A stretch of 64,000 nucleotides of DNA from the human T2T-CHM13v2.0 reference genome, Homo sapiens (GCF_009914755.1 NC_060925.1); one strand, 5' to 3'; shown: positions 28,786 through 42,094, counted from the stretch's first letter. Program-made: numbers and translations. The notes: a model not told the origin generated them from the sequence alone.

Positions 28786-30760
28786 ACAATGCGAACACTT
28801 GGACACAGGAAGGGGAACATCGCACACTGGGGCCTGTCGTTGGGTGGCGGGAAGTGGGAGGGATAGCATTAGGAGATATACCTAATGTAAATGATGAGTT
28901 AATGGGTGCAGCACACCAGCATGGCACATGTATACATATGTAACAAACCTGCACGTTGTGCACATGTACCCTAGAACTTAAAGTATAAGTTAAAAAAAAG
29001 GGGGGTCAGATTATGTTGCATAGTAATTCAAATCAGCCCTTGCTGGAGGTCTTGAATTCTCTCCATCCCCCACTGAGAGTGAACATACTCTCAAGTGCCG
29101 TGGGGTTTCCAAAGTAATTTCTATAAACCACAATATTATTTGCTTCCTGAAAGCAAGCAAGGGCCCGTTATCTGGTCTGGATAAGTTGGAGTCAAGAGAA
29201 TTCTGGAAAGATGGTGGCTTCACAACATGATGCTATCCCTGTACTTTGATCTTCAATTTATCCCTATTTTCTCATCTAAGTAGCTATTGGTGCTGACAGG
29301 CACCAGGATGAATAGGGAGAAATCTTATGAACTCAGTGGGAGACACTGGTGGGACTCTCTCCATTGTGTGCCTGCTGAGAGCCTGGAGACCCAGCTACAG
29401 AATGCCCTGATTAGAACCTGTAGCTCTTGGTAGAGTTCCATGTGCATGGGACACCCTTCTCCCACACAAATACATGCATCCGACCAGAAGGAATTCTTTA
29501 TCTGTCTAGGGTTCTTCTCAGCCACCAAGGACAGGTGGGCTGAGTCCTCCCACCTCCTAGGGTTGGAAGACAGGAAGACAGGGATTCTTCCCAGAGTTCA
29601 GCCCTCACTGGCCCTCAGGGGTAGAGATACTTTGGCCTCTTTCCAGAATACCTCACTTAAGGTTCTCCAACAGCTAAACCTGAGTCTCAGTGAGGAGACA
29701 AAAAGAAATAGCAACACATCCCACAGTGAAAGAAGGTACAATCACATTGAACAACGTGGTCCTACCCTTTAGGAGCTTATGATATAGGGGAAAATAAGAA
29801 TTGCAGCAAAAAGCTCTTTGTTTCCATCAATTCTAAAAATAACCCACCAAGTGAAAATTACCCTCTTGCAAGGGACAGGTAGAGTTACTCACAGCCCCAT
29901 TCCACAAGCAAGGAATAGGCATTTTCCTTTTTTTTTCCATATCTTCTGCAAGAATTTTTAAAGCTAATTAAGTAAAGGGATAGGGCCAAAGAAGACTTCT
30001 TTCTTGTGGCTCCTTACTTTTTACTATGCCAGGCATAACTGTAAAGCAAGGAATGTGGTCTCATAATAAAGGCAACAGAAATTTATACATCCAAATGAAC
30101 ATAGTTGATGGAGATTTAGAGGGCTAATAAATAATACCTCTTTCTTCTTCACCTGAAGATTAAAATCCAATGAGAGAAATACACAGGAGTCACATAGATA
30201 GAATTCAAAATATTGCTAATATCTTTGACCATGAGGTTTTAAATCTGTGGCCAAGAGGGTTTGCTAATACTTTATCTCCAAATATATAGGAGCCACCCAT
30301 GCAGGCTTCCCCACTGAACAGAACAAGAGATCTTCAGGTTGGCAAATTTGAAAATAGAGCCCAGTCCTTCTCCCTTACTCACCATCAGATTCAGTTACTC
30401 TTGCCTCCTGGGAGGAGTGAGAAGATAAAGAATGGTCATTAATGTTACTCTAGTGGATAGCTCTTCACATAGGTACACAAAGCCAGGGAAAGATGTCTGC
30501 TCAGCCCCCAACCCAACAGCCATCTCCTTCAAGTGGAACCCATGGGACATGGTCTCTTTTTGTGAAGCTGCCATTATTCAGAATGCTTTTGAGCTCCTCT
30601 CTGAAAATCCTATTCAGAGTCTATAGCTCACTCTTTGAATACCCTTTGGTTACAGCAACGTTTCATCTGCACACATGAAACAGTCAAGAGTCCTTGGAGT
30701 AAAGCAGGCAAAAACCTTTTGGGTCAATGTGAGGGCAACAGTGGAAAGATGAATGTGCTT

Positions 30761-30893
30761 TTCCTGTGTGACGTGTAAACTGATACTGAAGTGTGATCAC
30801 TGCTTTCACCTAATGGCAGCATCCTGGGGAGGAAGTTATGGTTACCGTGGTGACGCTTTCTGAAGCTGAAAGTTGGGACATGTGATCTGATAA
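30761..30893. promoter_or_regulatory. Candidate enhancer: RFX X-box with ETS, CRE half-site, E-box and GATA motifs
   Basis: GTTACCGTGGTGAC 30841-30854, AGGAAGT 30830-30836, TGACGT 30769-30774, CATGTG 30879-30884, TGATAA 30888-30893 in apparently unique sequence. Confidence 0.4.
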
Positions 30894-31613
30894 AGACTTT
30901 TTAAGCCACTTGCAAGAATAAGACGCTATCTTGCAAATATAATTTTGATGCTGAAACCCTGGACTTTCTGACATATTTCAATTGTTTATGAATGGAACCA
31001 GATGAAACTTTGATGGAGAACCTTTGTATCATCAATTCTAAACACACAGCTGGCATGTGCAAACTACTTACAAGTTGACAACAACTTTGAAGAGGATTAT
31101 TTTCATTTCACAAAATTCTGGTACACTTACGAAAAAAAATCATACTGACTGCTTTATGGTAAAACCAAACATGAACTTTGGTGAGAGGTTTGGCTGCTCG
31201 TATTGACTGTCACCAGAAGCAAAGCAGCTATATACCAGCTCAGTTGTTAATTAGAAAAGAATTGGACTTCAAATAAACAACCCATTTTTTACCGCACTTT
31301 AGTTTTAGAAGAGGGATTGATAATCTTTCGTACTACATTTACATTTTCCATTGCTTTGCAGTTAATTTGGTGAGACACCTCTTCTACAATGCCAGAAACA
31401 AGTAATGGGATTCAAAAGGTGGGTAGGAGAAGAAGGTGAGACATTCAAAGGTAATTAAAATTTAAAAACCCAAGAGCCAAAAGCAGGTTCAGGAGCCACA
31501 TCTTTAAAACTCTGGTAGTTAGAGGGGCTTTTTCTGCCCCCGTGGAGAGAAAGAGCCTTGCACAGAGAATCAGAGGAAGAGAGGGAAAGGACTGAGGGGC
31601 TGGGGAGAGCAAG

Positions 31614-32020
31614 TGTCTTAGTCCATCTTGTTTCACTATAAAGGAATACCTGAGACTGGGAAAGTTATAAAGAAAACAGGTTTATTTGGTTCATGATTCT
31701 GCTGGCTGGAAGATCAGGCATCTGGTGAAGGCCTCAGGCTGCTTCCTCTCCTGGCAGAAGGTGAAGGGCACCCAGTGTGTGCAGAGATCACATGGTGGGA
31801 GGGAAACAGAGGGTGGAGGGGCAGGCTGTTTTTAACAACCAGCTCTGGAGGCAACTAATAGAGTGAGAGCTCACTCACCCCTGCCCCTGGGTGTGGGCAT
31901 TCATCTATACTTTGAGGGGTTCCACCTCCATGACCCAAATACCTTTCATTAGGCCCCACCTCCAATATTAGGATCAAATTTCAACCTGTGATTTGGTGGG
32001 GACAAATATGCAAAGTTTGC
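31614..32020 (-). mobile_element. MSTB-type MaLR solo LTR
   Basis: TGTCTTAGTCCAT...GGCCTCAGGCTGCTTCC...GTGTGCAGAGATCACATGG...TTTGGTGGGGACAAA. Confidence 0.85.
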
Positions 32021-33152
32021 CATTATCAGAAAGAAATGAGGCATTTTTTTTTTTTTTGCTTCTACTTCCTCATAATGAGGATAAGGTGGAGATAAGGGGT
32101 AAGGGAAGTAAGGCAGTGGGAGGCCCAAATAAATGACACTCCTGTAATACAGGTCTTAAATCTTAAGAAATACGGGACTTACTCCCAGCACAAGATAGTG
32201 ACATTTAGGACATCACTCCCAATACAGTTGAGCTTAGTAGTTCCCATCTGCATTGTGTGGGGAGGGAACACAGAGGACCCCAGGGCCACATTACCATAAC
32301 ATACTGCTCTTCTATGACATCCCAGAGGACTCTCATTAGAACTTCAGACTGTTCGCCCCTCTGCTCGGAAGATATTTTGACTGCTGTCCGGAAGACAGGA
32401 ACAGCTGGGCTGTTAAAGTCAACAGGCTCCCACTTTCACATCGACACAATTGTGTCGTAATTCACATAAATGTGAAATATGCCTTCCACTGCTCCCACTC
32501 CCAGGACTGAGCAAGGCCAGCTTGTGTTTCCTCCAAACCCCAGAAAGGGACAGTCCCAGTCTTGAGTGAATTCTCCATTCTTGTTGGTAAGAAGAGGGGT
32601 CCATGGTCCCTGCCACGTCCCCAGAAAAGCTGTGGGCTCAACAGCCCTGTTTGGGGGAAAGGCAGAGGACAGGGGAAAGAAAAATGCAGGAGAGGCTTGA
32701 ACCTAAAAAGGGCCATATGAACATTAGCCTTGCACAGGAAATGTCCTCACCAGCTGCATCCACCTTGGTCCTTCAAGGTTTGGCTCAAATCCTGCCTGTT
32801 CCATGAGGCATTCCTGGTCACCTCAAGATTCTCTCACTTCCCCAAGGCTAAGCTTCCATAACGCCTTCAGTCTGCACACAGACATTCCCTGGGACCCAAA
32901 GGGATCTTCTGTCGGACCAAGCCCTCCTTCCCTACGCTGCTTTTTCTTTTTCTTTAGTTCCTTTTAACCACTTCCTGAACTTGCCCCTCCATTCTTACTC
33001 TCCCTCCACCCACCCACTTTAGAACCCACTCCCTTCCTCCATGCATCATGTAGCTCTGCTACCTGTGATGAGTCAAAGATGGGTCTAATCTGCCCCCACT
33101 TTGCACTGCTGGGTATGTATCTGGGGCATCAGGGTGCCTGTGTGGGAGGAAG

Positions 33153-33902
33153 TGAGAGACAGGACTAGCTGGATTTCCTAGGCCGACTGAGAATTCCTAA
33201 GCCTAGCTGGGAAGGTGACCACATCCACCTTTAAACATGGGGCTTGCAACTTAGCTCACACCTGACCAATCAGATAGTAAAGAGAGCTCAATAAAATGCT
33301 AATTAGGCAAAAACAGGAGGTAAAGAAATAGCCAATCATCTATTGCCTGAGAGCACAAGGGGAGGGACAATGATCAGGATATAAACCCAGGCATTGGAGC
33401 CAGCAAGGGCTACCCTCTTTGGGTCCCCTCCCATTGTATGGGAGCTCTGTTTTCACTCTATTAAATCTTGCAACTGCACCCTTTTCTGGTCCATGTTTGT
33501 TACCACTCAAGCTGAGCTTTCACTCACCGTCCACCACTGCTGTTTGCCACCATCACAGACCCGCGGCTGACTTCCACCCCTCCGGATCCGGCAGTGTGTC
33601 TGCTGTGCTCCTGATCCAGTGAGGCGTCCATTGCCGCTCCAGATCGGGCTAAAGGGTTGCCATTGTTCCCGCATGGCTAAGTGCCCGGGTTCGTCCTAAT
33701 CTAGCCAAACACTAGTCGCTGGGTTCCACAGTTCTCTTCCGTGACCCATGGCTTCTAATAGAACTATAACACTCATCACATGGCCCAAGATTCCATTCCT
33801 TGGGGCCAAGAACCTCAGGTCAGAGGACAAGAGGCTTGCCGCCATCTTGGGAGCATCCCACCACCATTTTGGGAGTTCTGGGAGCAAGGACCCCCGGTAA
33901 CA
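33153..33902 (+). mobile_element. HERV-W (LTR17) complete solo LTR
   Basis: TGAGAGACAGGACTAGCTGGATTTCCTAGG...GGACCCCCGGTAACA; perfect TSD GAAG at 33149-33152 and 33903-33906. Confidence 0.95.
33266..33465 (+). promoter_or_regulatory. LTR17 U3/R signals: two CCAAT boxes, octamer-like site, TATA, poly(A) signal
   Basis: CCAAT 33266 and 33332, ATGCTAAT 33296, TATAAA 33380, ATTAAA 33460. Confidence 0.7.
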
Positions 33903-35509
33903 GAAGGACTTTGGATTCCACTATTGCAGTTTGCAGTTTATTCTTTCCCCAAATATCTAAACATATCAGACACATCTCAAACTGCAAGGATACTCTTCCT
34001 GCCAAAACCCATCACCAGGGCTACTATTTCTCCTGTTAATATAATTTTGAACTAATTACTCTACCAAAAGCCTTTGTCCCCTCCCAACCTTCCTGAACAG
34101 TGAGGGATACTGTGCCCAGGTTTTCCTTCCCAATTCCTGGGGTTCTCTCTGGCTTGTTTTGGGGGAGAAGATAAGGAGAGTAAGAGAACTATCTTACCAT
34201 TCAAACAAGTTAGGACTTGTTTCTCCCCAACAGGATTCCAAATCCCTTTTTGTCCCCGACAAGGTCTGACATAGCACCAAGCACACATAGTTGCTTAAGA
34301 GCTAGCTAAACAACGGAGCTGGGACTTAACCCCAGGTCTGCAGGGACTCCAGACTTCCACACCGCCTCTGTTCCCTGCTACATCCTTCCCCTGTTCCACA
34401 GTCTCCCAGGGCGGGCTGTCACCTTTCCAAAGGCAGACCAGAAGGTCCTCTGGGAAAACTTAAGATACTACTGGGTCTGGGGGAGGATCATGGAGGTGTT
34501 CAGAGCCAGCAGAGATTCCTTTCCCACCCTGTTGCATGTGCCACATAGCAAGCGCCCAGGCCCTTGGGCAAGGAAGTGGGTTCCACAGCCATTTAACATC
34601 TGTAGCAATGCTATCAACAGCTCTGTCCTAGCTTTTGCCAAGGCATTTGATCCCTGGCCAAAACCCAGCCTGTAGCCAGGGAGAAATGGTGAAGAGGCCA
34701 ATATCGGAACCCTACTCCTCAATAAGAGCAGGAAGCATTAATAATTTGTGTTCCTTTTTATTGATGAGATTCAGGCCCCAGAGTCAGTACAACCAGCCAG
34801 GGCCCCACACCCAGGCCAAGCTCTACCTCCAAACGCTGTTATGCATTTATTAGCATCACAACACTTCTTCCCAGTAAGATCTTATGCAGAATCCCAATAT
34901 GGAAAACCCATGAAAGTGGTGGAAGTGGGAGAGGGGTCCCAGAGCCTCCATTGCCCTGGTCCTCCTTATTGGTCCTCTTCCCAACTCATTCTCCCCCCAC
35001 CCACCGTGGACATAGAGCAGTCAGAGAACAGCTGCAGTGGCCCAACAGGGCTGCCCAGGGGGAGGAGGGGTAGGCAGAAAAGTTGAGCACCTAATTTGTT
35101 CTGCATAAGACCCCTTGAAGTGAGCTACTTTCATTTCTACAGAGCAAATAATGGGCCTAGAAATCAGAATGAAGGCTGACACCAGGCCCGTCAACATTTC
35201 CAGCATCCATGGTCTTTAAATATTCAAACACCAAGATTTTGAAGGACCTTTGACTTTTCTCTTCATTTTTTTCCCCCCCAAATGTCAACAAACACTGCTT
35301 TTGCTGAGTGAAGAGTCTGGCCTTGCCTTTCCTGGTGGAAAAAATGAAATAAAAGAGGTGAAGCGAGAGAGAAGGTGAGAAAAGAATAGGATAAAGGATG
35401 AGGATGCTTAAGGGTGTCCTGAGAGACCTAGAACTTAGAAAGGAGGTCGCGGCGATGGGCATGGGGGATACAGCCTGCCTTTTCATCAAATGTTGGGCTC
35501 TTCAGTTAT

Positions 35510-35650
35510 GTCCTGCATTTTACAGATAAGGGAACTAAGGGCCCAAGAGGTGAACAAAGTTAAGTAGATCATAAAGCCAAGTTTAAAAAAAATAATAAGT
35601 CAAACTAGAGGTCTGTTTCTGGTGCCCAGACCAATGCTTTTTTCACTATG
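35510..35650 (-). mobile_element. MIR fragment
   Basis: CATTTTACAGATAAGGGAACTAAGG. Confidence 0.6.
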
Positions 35651-35711
35651 GTCTCCTTAAAGGGGAAAGGCAGCTCTCACAGACTATGGAAAAAGGAACC
35701 ATTGATGTAAG

Positions 35712-36520
35712 TTTGTTCTTTCAGCAAGCATTTATTGAGCTCCTACTATGTCATTCATTCCCTGACGTTGTGGAATAGAAATGAATAAGAGACATTGTCT
35801 GCCCTCAGAGAGTCTGCAGAGAGACAGACAAATAACAACTTCAGCCCAACCTAAGAAGTGCCAGCACTGTACTGGGTGTATGTTGCCATGGGGGTCAGAA
35901 GTATCAGCTGGACTAGATACATGACTTATGGGCCCCCGTGCAAAATAAACATGCAGAGTCCCTTGTTCAAAAATGATTAAGAATTTTTAAATGGTGATAG
36001 CAGAGCATTAAACCAAATGCAGAATCCTTCTGAGTGTGAGACTCTGTGCAACTACACAGTTCACATGTCCATGAGGCCAGCATTGGGTGTCAGATACCAT
36101 TTCACAGAAAAGGTGCTGCTATAGCCAAGTCTGAAAAGGCAGGAAGTCACCAGCAGATCAAAGAGGAAGAGCATTCCAGAAAAAGAGAACAACATGTCTG
36201 AAGGCATGAAGAAGGACATGGGATATTTGAGAAATGGAAACAAGTTCAGTGAGGCCAGGGTACAAGATATGGGTGAAGGAGAAACAAGAAATAAGGCTAG
36301 CAAGGAAGAAGGCCCCAGCATCAAGGTTCTTTTAAGCCACACTAAGCAGTTATTATGCAGATATGGCGAGCCCTTGAAGCTGCCCAGGGATATGACCTCA
36401 TGGGTAATTTAGAAAGGAAACTTGGGCAGTGGGGGGAGTGGGGACTGGAGGAGAGTGAGCTGAGAGCTGGACCCGAGTTAGGAGATCAGTGGAACAATCC
36501 TCGCAAGAACCAAAGAGGAA
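35712..36520 (-). mobile_element. L2 relic interrupted by MER45A
   Basis: CAAGCATTTATTGAGCTCCTACTATG tail; GAAGAGCATTCCAGAAAAAGAGAACAACATG. Confidence 0.7.
35905..36085 (-). mobile_element. MER45A (hAT-Tip100) non-autonomous DNA transposon
   Basis: CCCTTGTTCAAAAATGATTAAGAATTT...AGCAGAGCATTAAACCAA...CCATGAGGCCAGCATTG; about 180 bp. Confidence 0.8.
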
Positions 36521-37009
36521 ATATCCAGAGGGCATCCAAATATTTAAGAAAGAGAGATTCAGGGCTCATGAGGGGTCCTTGAGGAGTGTGGATGAGTGAA
36601 AATGAGAACAGGCACCAAAAATGAAGGTGCAGGTGGAGGAAAGAGACTTTGAAGGAAGGGCTTTGGAGGGAAGACAACAAATAGCAATATCACATTATTC
36701 AAGAGCCAAGAGACTATCAGGAAGGAGGGCATGGCCAACTTGTAAAATAATGCAAGAGTCAAGATAAGGACTGTAGTGTCTGACATAGCTGATGGAAGTA
36801 AGGGCAGGTATAATGTCCACAGATATAGATGTGGTGAGTGATTGTTTCCCAGGCAATGGCAGTCTAAAAGAGCACAAGGAAAACAGAGGGCTCCAGCTCT
36901 GCCTCTCCACCTGCCCTGGTGCTCGATCCCCAGCCCCAGCCCAGGTGCTCCAGGGGACAGCAGTAGCCTGAATCACAGTTTCTCCTAGAGCTGCAGTGAA
37001 GATGGTCCT

Positions 37010-37372
37010 TGCTATGGTCTGAAAGTTTACATATCCCCAACATTCCTGTGTTAAAATTCTCACCCTCACAGTGATGATATTAGGAGGTGGGGCTTGGGAG
37101 GTGATTAGGTCATAGAGCAAAGCCCTCATGAATGGGATTAGTGCCCTTATGAAAGGGGCCCCAGAGAGCTACTTTGCTTCTTCCACCGTGCGGGGATGCA
37201 GTGAGACTGTACCATCTACAAACCAGGCAACAGGCCTTCATCAGACACCAATTCTGCCAGCGCCTTGATTTTGGACTTCCCAGCCTCCAGAACTATAAGA
37301 AATAAATATCTGTTCTTCAGAAGACACGCCGTCTATGGTATTTTGTTATAGCAGCCTGAAAGAACTGAGACC
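37010..37372 (+). mobile_element. MLT1A/MLT1A0 MaLR solo LTR
   Basis: TGCTATGGTCTGAA...GCCCTCATGAATGGGATTAGTGCCCTTAT...TTTTGTTATAGCAGCCTGAA. Confidence 0.88.
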
Positions 37373-38609
37373 CTCGTCCTTCAACTGGTTCCCTCATGGC
37401 TGCCACACTTCCCTGCAAGAGTGGTCAGAGGTCACATCTGACCTTGGGATGACATTGGGATGTCCATATGCCCTATGGCCAGCCTCCCTCATCCTCACAG
37501 ACACTGACCCACTCACTCTCCCAGTTGCTAGCTGTGGCCTAGCCTCTTTGGCCACCCACGCTGCTTGCACTGAGGTTATACTCTCCCACCAACCTTGTAA
37601 CTCTCTGACAAGACCCTAGACAGGAAGACCTCCTCTATACTGCTTGATAGAATTCACCCAACATAACAACATTTTCATTTACTTACTCTTCCAGATAATA
37701 ACTACTTCATCTGTCTAAGAATTTGATACAAGTTTCCCATAAGGACTGACTCAGGAGTCAATGAACTAAGTCCATGCAGCATTGCAAGTAAAATCCCCCT
37801 TGCTCCACTGGCCCTCAGGCAGTAGACTGAGCCCTCCTGAGCCTTAAAGCGCTCCTTCCCATTAGGCACAGGCCTAGGAAATTAATGGTGCTATGTAATG
37901 GTCCTACATACAGCTTCTCTTTTTTGTGGTCCTACGATTTGCCAGTTGTTTCATACCATTATCTCATTTCCTTCTCGATTCAAGCCAGTGAGGTAGGTAC
38001 TATTATTGTCCTATGTCCCAGAAAACGTTACCCAGGGCAGCCAATGGTTGTACAGCCATGCGAGAAGTATTCAGTTCCTCCCCACTGTGTCTGGATTGAG
38101 AGAGCTTTACCCAATCTTTTGTACTTTTCAATATCTCAGATAGTAATTGTTTCTGGCCTTATACCTCCCCAAAGATAGCATGGTAAGAAATGCCAGCCAG
38201 TGAAACCATCTCTCTTAGTCTTGACTTCACATCCACCAGCTATCTGTAGAAAAGAGGTGGGGCAGGCCAAAGCGGTCATGACCGAGGTCTTCCAACAAAG
38301 GCACCTCTCCTGGTCCTGAAGCAGCCAGAGAATACGGGTGGCCTCACTGTTGGGAAAGCTTCCTGCTGTTCTCTGAGTGCACACATACACATACACACCC
38401 CAGCCTCCTCCTCACTTAGTAAAATCTGTTTCCCCTGCATAAAGATAAACCATGCGTGAGACCCACATCATTCTGGAAATGCAAGCCAGGAGTCCATCTC
38501 GGTTCTGGCTTGTGTACAGCTGGTGTTTTGCTTCTGATCTGGCCTCTATCCATTCTGACTAGTGGGTGCCTCTGCTATTTCTATTGCTTAAATATTTTTT
38601 TATATCAGC

Positions 38610-38740
38610 CCTGATTCTGGAGAAAATGAGACTCAGACAGGCTAAGTAATATGCCCATAGACCCTCAGCTGTCAAATGGCAGAGCCAGGATTCATAACCG
38701 GCTCCATTTAACTCCACAGCCCAGTGCTCCTGATGCCGGT
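38610..38740 (-). mobile_element. MIR fragment
   Basis: GAGACTCAGACAGGCTAAGTAA...TGGCAGAGCCAGGATTCA. Confidence 0.65.
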
Positions 38741-39355
38741 GCTCCATATGTCATGAGTTTCTCTCTACCACAATGCCTAGTGGGTTTCTATGCAGACAGG
38801 ACCCCTAGTGGTCCATCCAAACATGCTGTATGCCCCATGATGGATATTCAAATGTGACCCCTTTTGGAACCTGGGCTACGCACAATAAAGAAAGAACTCC
38901 AGGGAAAGGTAAATGATTAATCCCATTATTTGCAAATCTCAGCAATTCCAGATGAGCCATCTAGTTGAGTGAATGACGGCATCTTTTTTTTTTTTTTAAT
39001 TCTCTGAACTAGAGTACTGGTTCCTGGGAAATGCCCATAAATAAACATGCTTTCTCTTTCCAGGCCTTTATTTATGTGATTGAATGCTTTTCAAATCTTC
39101 AGCTCGTTACCAGGTGACCCTTATAAGTTTAGGGCTATGGCCCAGCCTAAACACTGCCCAGATAAGGGTAGATACAGAACTGAAACATGCAAATAACCAA
39201 TGCTCTGCTCTATTGAGAAAGAACATTCAGGAAGCAATAAATGAACTTGTTACCACAGCATTGCCCTGTGACAGCCATGAGGAAGAGGGGATGGGAATAG
39301 CAGGGGCTTTGCTGCCCACACTTCTCGGCTTCTCTGCCTCCCTGCTTCACCAGGG

Positions 39356-39504
39356 CAATGGTTCTCAAAGTGTGGCCTGTTCCAGGAGCAGCACCTGGAA
39401 ACTTGTTAGAAAGGCAAATGCTCCAGCCCCACCCCAGAACTGCTGAAACAGTGTTTTACCAAGCCCTCCTGCTGATTCTGATGTATGCTAAAATTAACCA
39501 CTAC
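39356..39504. mobile_element. MER5A (hAT-Charlie)
   Basis: CAATGGTTCTCAAAGTGTGG...CACCTGGAAACTTGTTAGAAA...CCCACCCCAGA...GATTCTGATGTATGCT. Confidence 0.8.
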
Positions 39505-39609
39505 ACTTGACATTCATGAGGATTCGAAGTTGAGTGACTCTGTCCCTTTAACCAAGAGAAATTAGAAATGTTAAGCATTAAAAAAGGAGGTGACGTGGGA
39601 AAGGTGTCA

Positions 39610-39790
39610 CCTTTAGAGTCAGACAAACATGGAATTTTATCCCAGCTTATCCACTTACCATGTATCCCTGAGCAAGTCACTTAACATTTCTAAGAATCAG
39701 TTTCATCATCATCTGTAAAATGAGAATTATAAAACCTAGCATAGTCCCTGGCATACAGAAGGTATTAGATGAAAAATAACTGTTACAGTG
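39610..39790 (+). mobile_element. MIR
   Basis: TTTAGAGTCAGAC...GAGCAAGTCACTTAAC...CATCTGTAAAATGAG. Confidence 0.75.
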
Positions 39791-40336
39791 ATGCTTCATG
39801 TCAATCACTGACTGGGCATAACACCCAATAGCTGTTGAGTACCTTTCTCTCTGCAGACAGACAATGGGGGAACACCCACACAAGGGCACTGGTAACCTCC
39901 CTAGGTGGGTAGGGAGAGGGGCCAGGCTCTTATGGGCTTTGTGTGTGCTCAGTCAGAATAACAGGATCACAGAGATTGGATCTGATCAGCACAGTTGGGG
40001 AGCAACAGATATGGAGCCCAGTGCAAGATCTTCGGGGACAGAATGTCACCAAAGAAAAGCTGCCTGGCTCCTTCACACCAATGATTTTCTGACAAACCAC
40101 TCCTTTGAGAAACTTCAAGTGCCACACTGACATGCAATGCAAAACTAAGCAAGACTTAGAAGTGCAAGCCTCTGGTCATCACAGAGCAGAGCAGGTCTTT
40201 ATGAGGTAAACCAAACAATGCCCAAGCCCAACAGGGAAGGGCTGGAGGACAGGAAAGGAAGCAAAGAATGAAGGGCAGAGCGGACCCTTCACACATGGTG
40301 AGAAGGTAGGGGATGAGCAGACGTAATGTACAGCAC

Positions 40337-40471
40337 AGCATCTCAACTTTAATGAGTGCATTAGGCACCCTCATTAAAATGCAGATTCTGATGCAGTAAA
40401 TGTTGGATGAAGCCTGACACACTGCATTTCTACAAGCTCCTAGGAGAGGCTGATGTTGCACTTCGAGTAGT
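40337..40471. mobile_element. MER5A/MER5-like fragment
   Basis: TTAAAATGCAGATTCTGAT...CTGCATTTCTACAAGCTCC. Confidence 0.7.
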
Positions 40472-40489
40472 CCTTTAAGACAAGAATAG

Positions 40490-40959
<470 letters not shown>

Positions 40960-40960
40960 T

Positions 40961-41105
40961 TGGCAGATGCTAGGCTAAGCACTAGTGTACATTATCTTGT
41001 ACATTGCATAGTGTACATTATCTTGTACATTGTGTAGTGTACATTATCTTGTACTTGTATAGTGTACATTATCTTATACACTAGTGCTTAGCCTAGTGTC
41101 TGCCA
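40961..41105. repeat. 29-bp inverted repeat enclosing about 3.8 copies of a 26-bp minisatellite
   Basis: Arms 40961-40989 and 41077-41105 (27/29 complementary); units TAGTGTACATTATCTTGTACATTGCA start at 40983, 41009, 41035 and 41060. Confidence 0.92.
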
Positions 41106-41299
41106 TCTGGCAGTTCCTTAAAAGGCAGCAGCTGTGATGAATAACATGTGCAGTAATAGCAGTACAAAGCGAGGGCGGGCTGCGTACTCTTCAGCTGGAC
41201 ACCAGGAGGCCCCAGGGTCTGCTGGTACCTTGACGCAGGTTGCAGGGACATACCGCTGGTTCTCTATCTCCTTCTCTGGCCCTCCTGCCATTTTCTGCC

Positions 41300-41810
41300 C
41301 CCAAGCTCGGGTATTCTCAGGTTTGCTCTTGGGCCTTCTGCCCTCCTCTCTCCTCTCCCTTCCCTGGCCTCACTCCCATTCACAGCTCCAACTCTCACTT
41401 CCAAGGAGATGATGCCCGCATCTCTACCTACTCCTGATTCCCCTTCCTGATCCTAGACACTCATTACTTTGTTTCTATTTGAAAACCCCCTGTCAGCTCG
41501 ACTCAACTTGTCTAAAAACAATCTCCTCATCAGATTACTCCACAACCAACACAGCTCCTCACCTCCCTGACTCTGCCAGTGCTACCACCTTCCCAGCTCA
41601 GACCCACTTCTCCAGCCAGCCGTCCAGGTCAGAAGGGCTGGGTGTCCCCAAGGTGCTCTAAAGCACCTGGCACATATCCCTGGCACAGCATGCACCATAC
41701 AATGCTGTGATTTCCTGTGCACTTGTCCCTCTCCACCTCTGGACAGGGACCTCCTGGAGGGTTGGATCCATTGTCTTGATCACCAGTGACCCCAGTGCTT
41801 GACACAGGGT
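41300..41810 (+). mobile_element. L2 relic
   Basis: GATGATGCCCGCATCTCTACC (degenerate YADD region), ACTCAACTTGTCTAAAA, GGACCTCCTGGAGGG. Confidence 0.6.
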
Positions 41811-42094
41811 GACCTAAATTCCAGCCTGATAATTGCTCTTTATTCAGGAATTCTTGAGGGAGCTGTGCATGTGAGGAATCATGGCCCAGTGGGACAGAGG
41901 AACCATTTTATTATTAGCTGGGCCCATGCCCAGTTCCCCCACAGCAGGCAGAGCCAAGTGGGATGTGAAACTCAGGCTTGGAGTCCCAGTGGAGGCTCTC
42001 AATTCTCCAGACACTGAATCCAGACCTTGGGTGTCTTATCACCTCTGGCTAGATCACGAGGAAAAGAAGCCCAAAGCTCTGAAGAGAATGCCTG

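Noticed and set aside
40983-41080. CRISPR-like repeat array
   Set aside because: Units are head-to-tail without unique spacers, the context is eukaryotic and there are no cas genes; it is a minisatellite.
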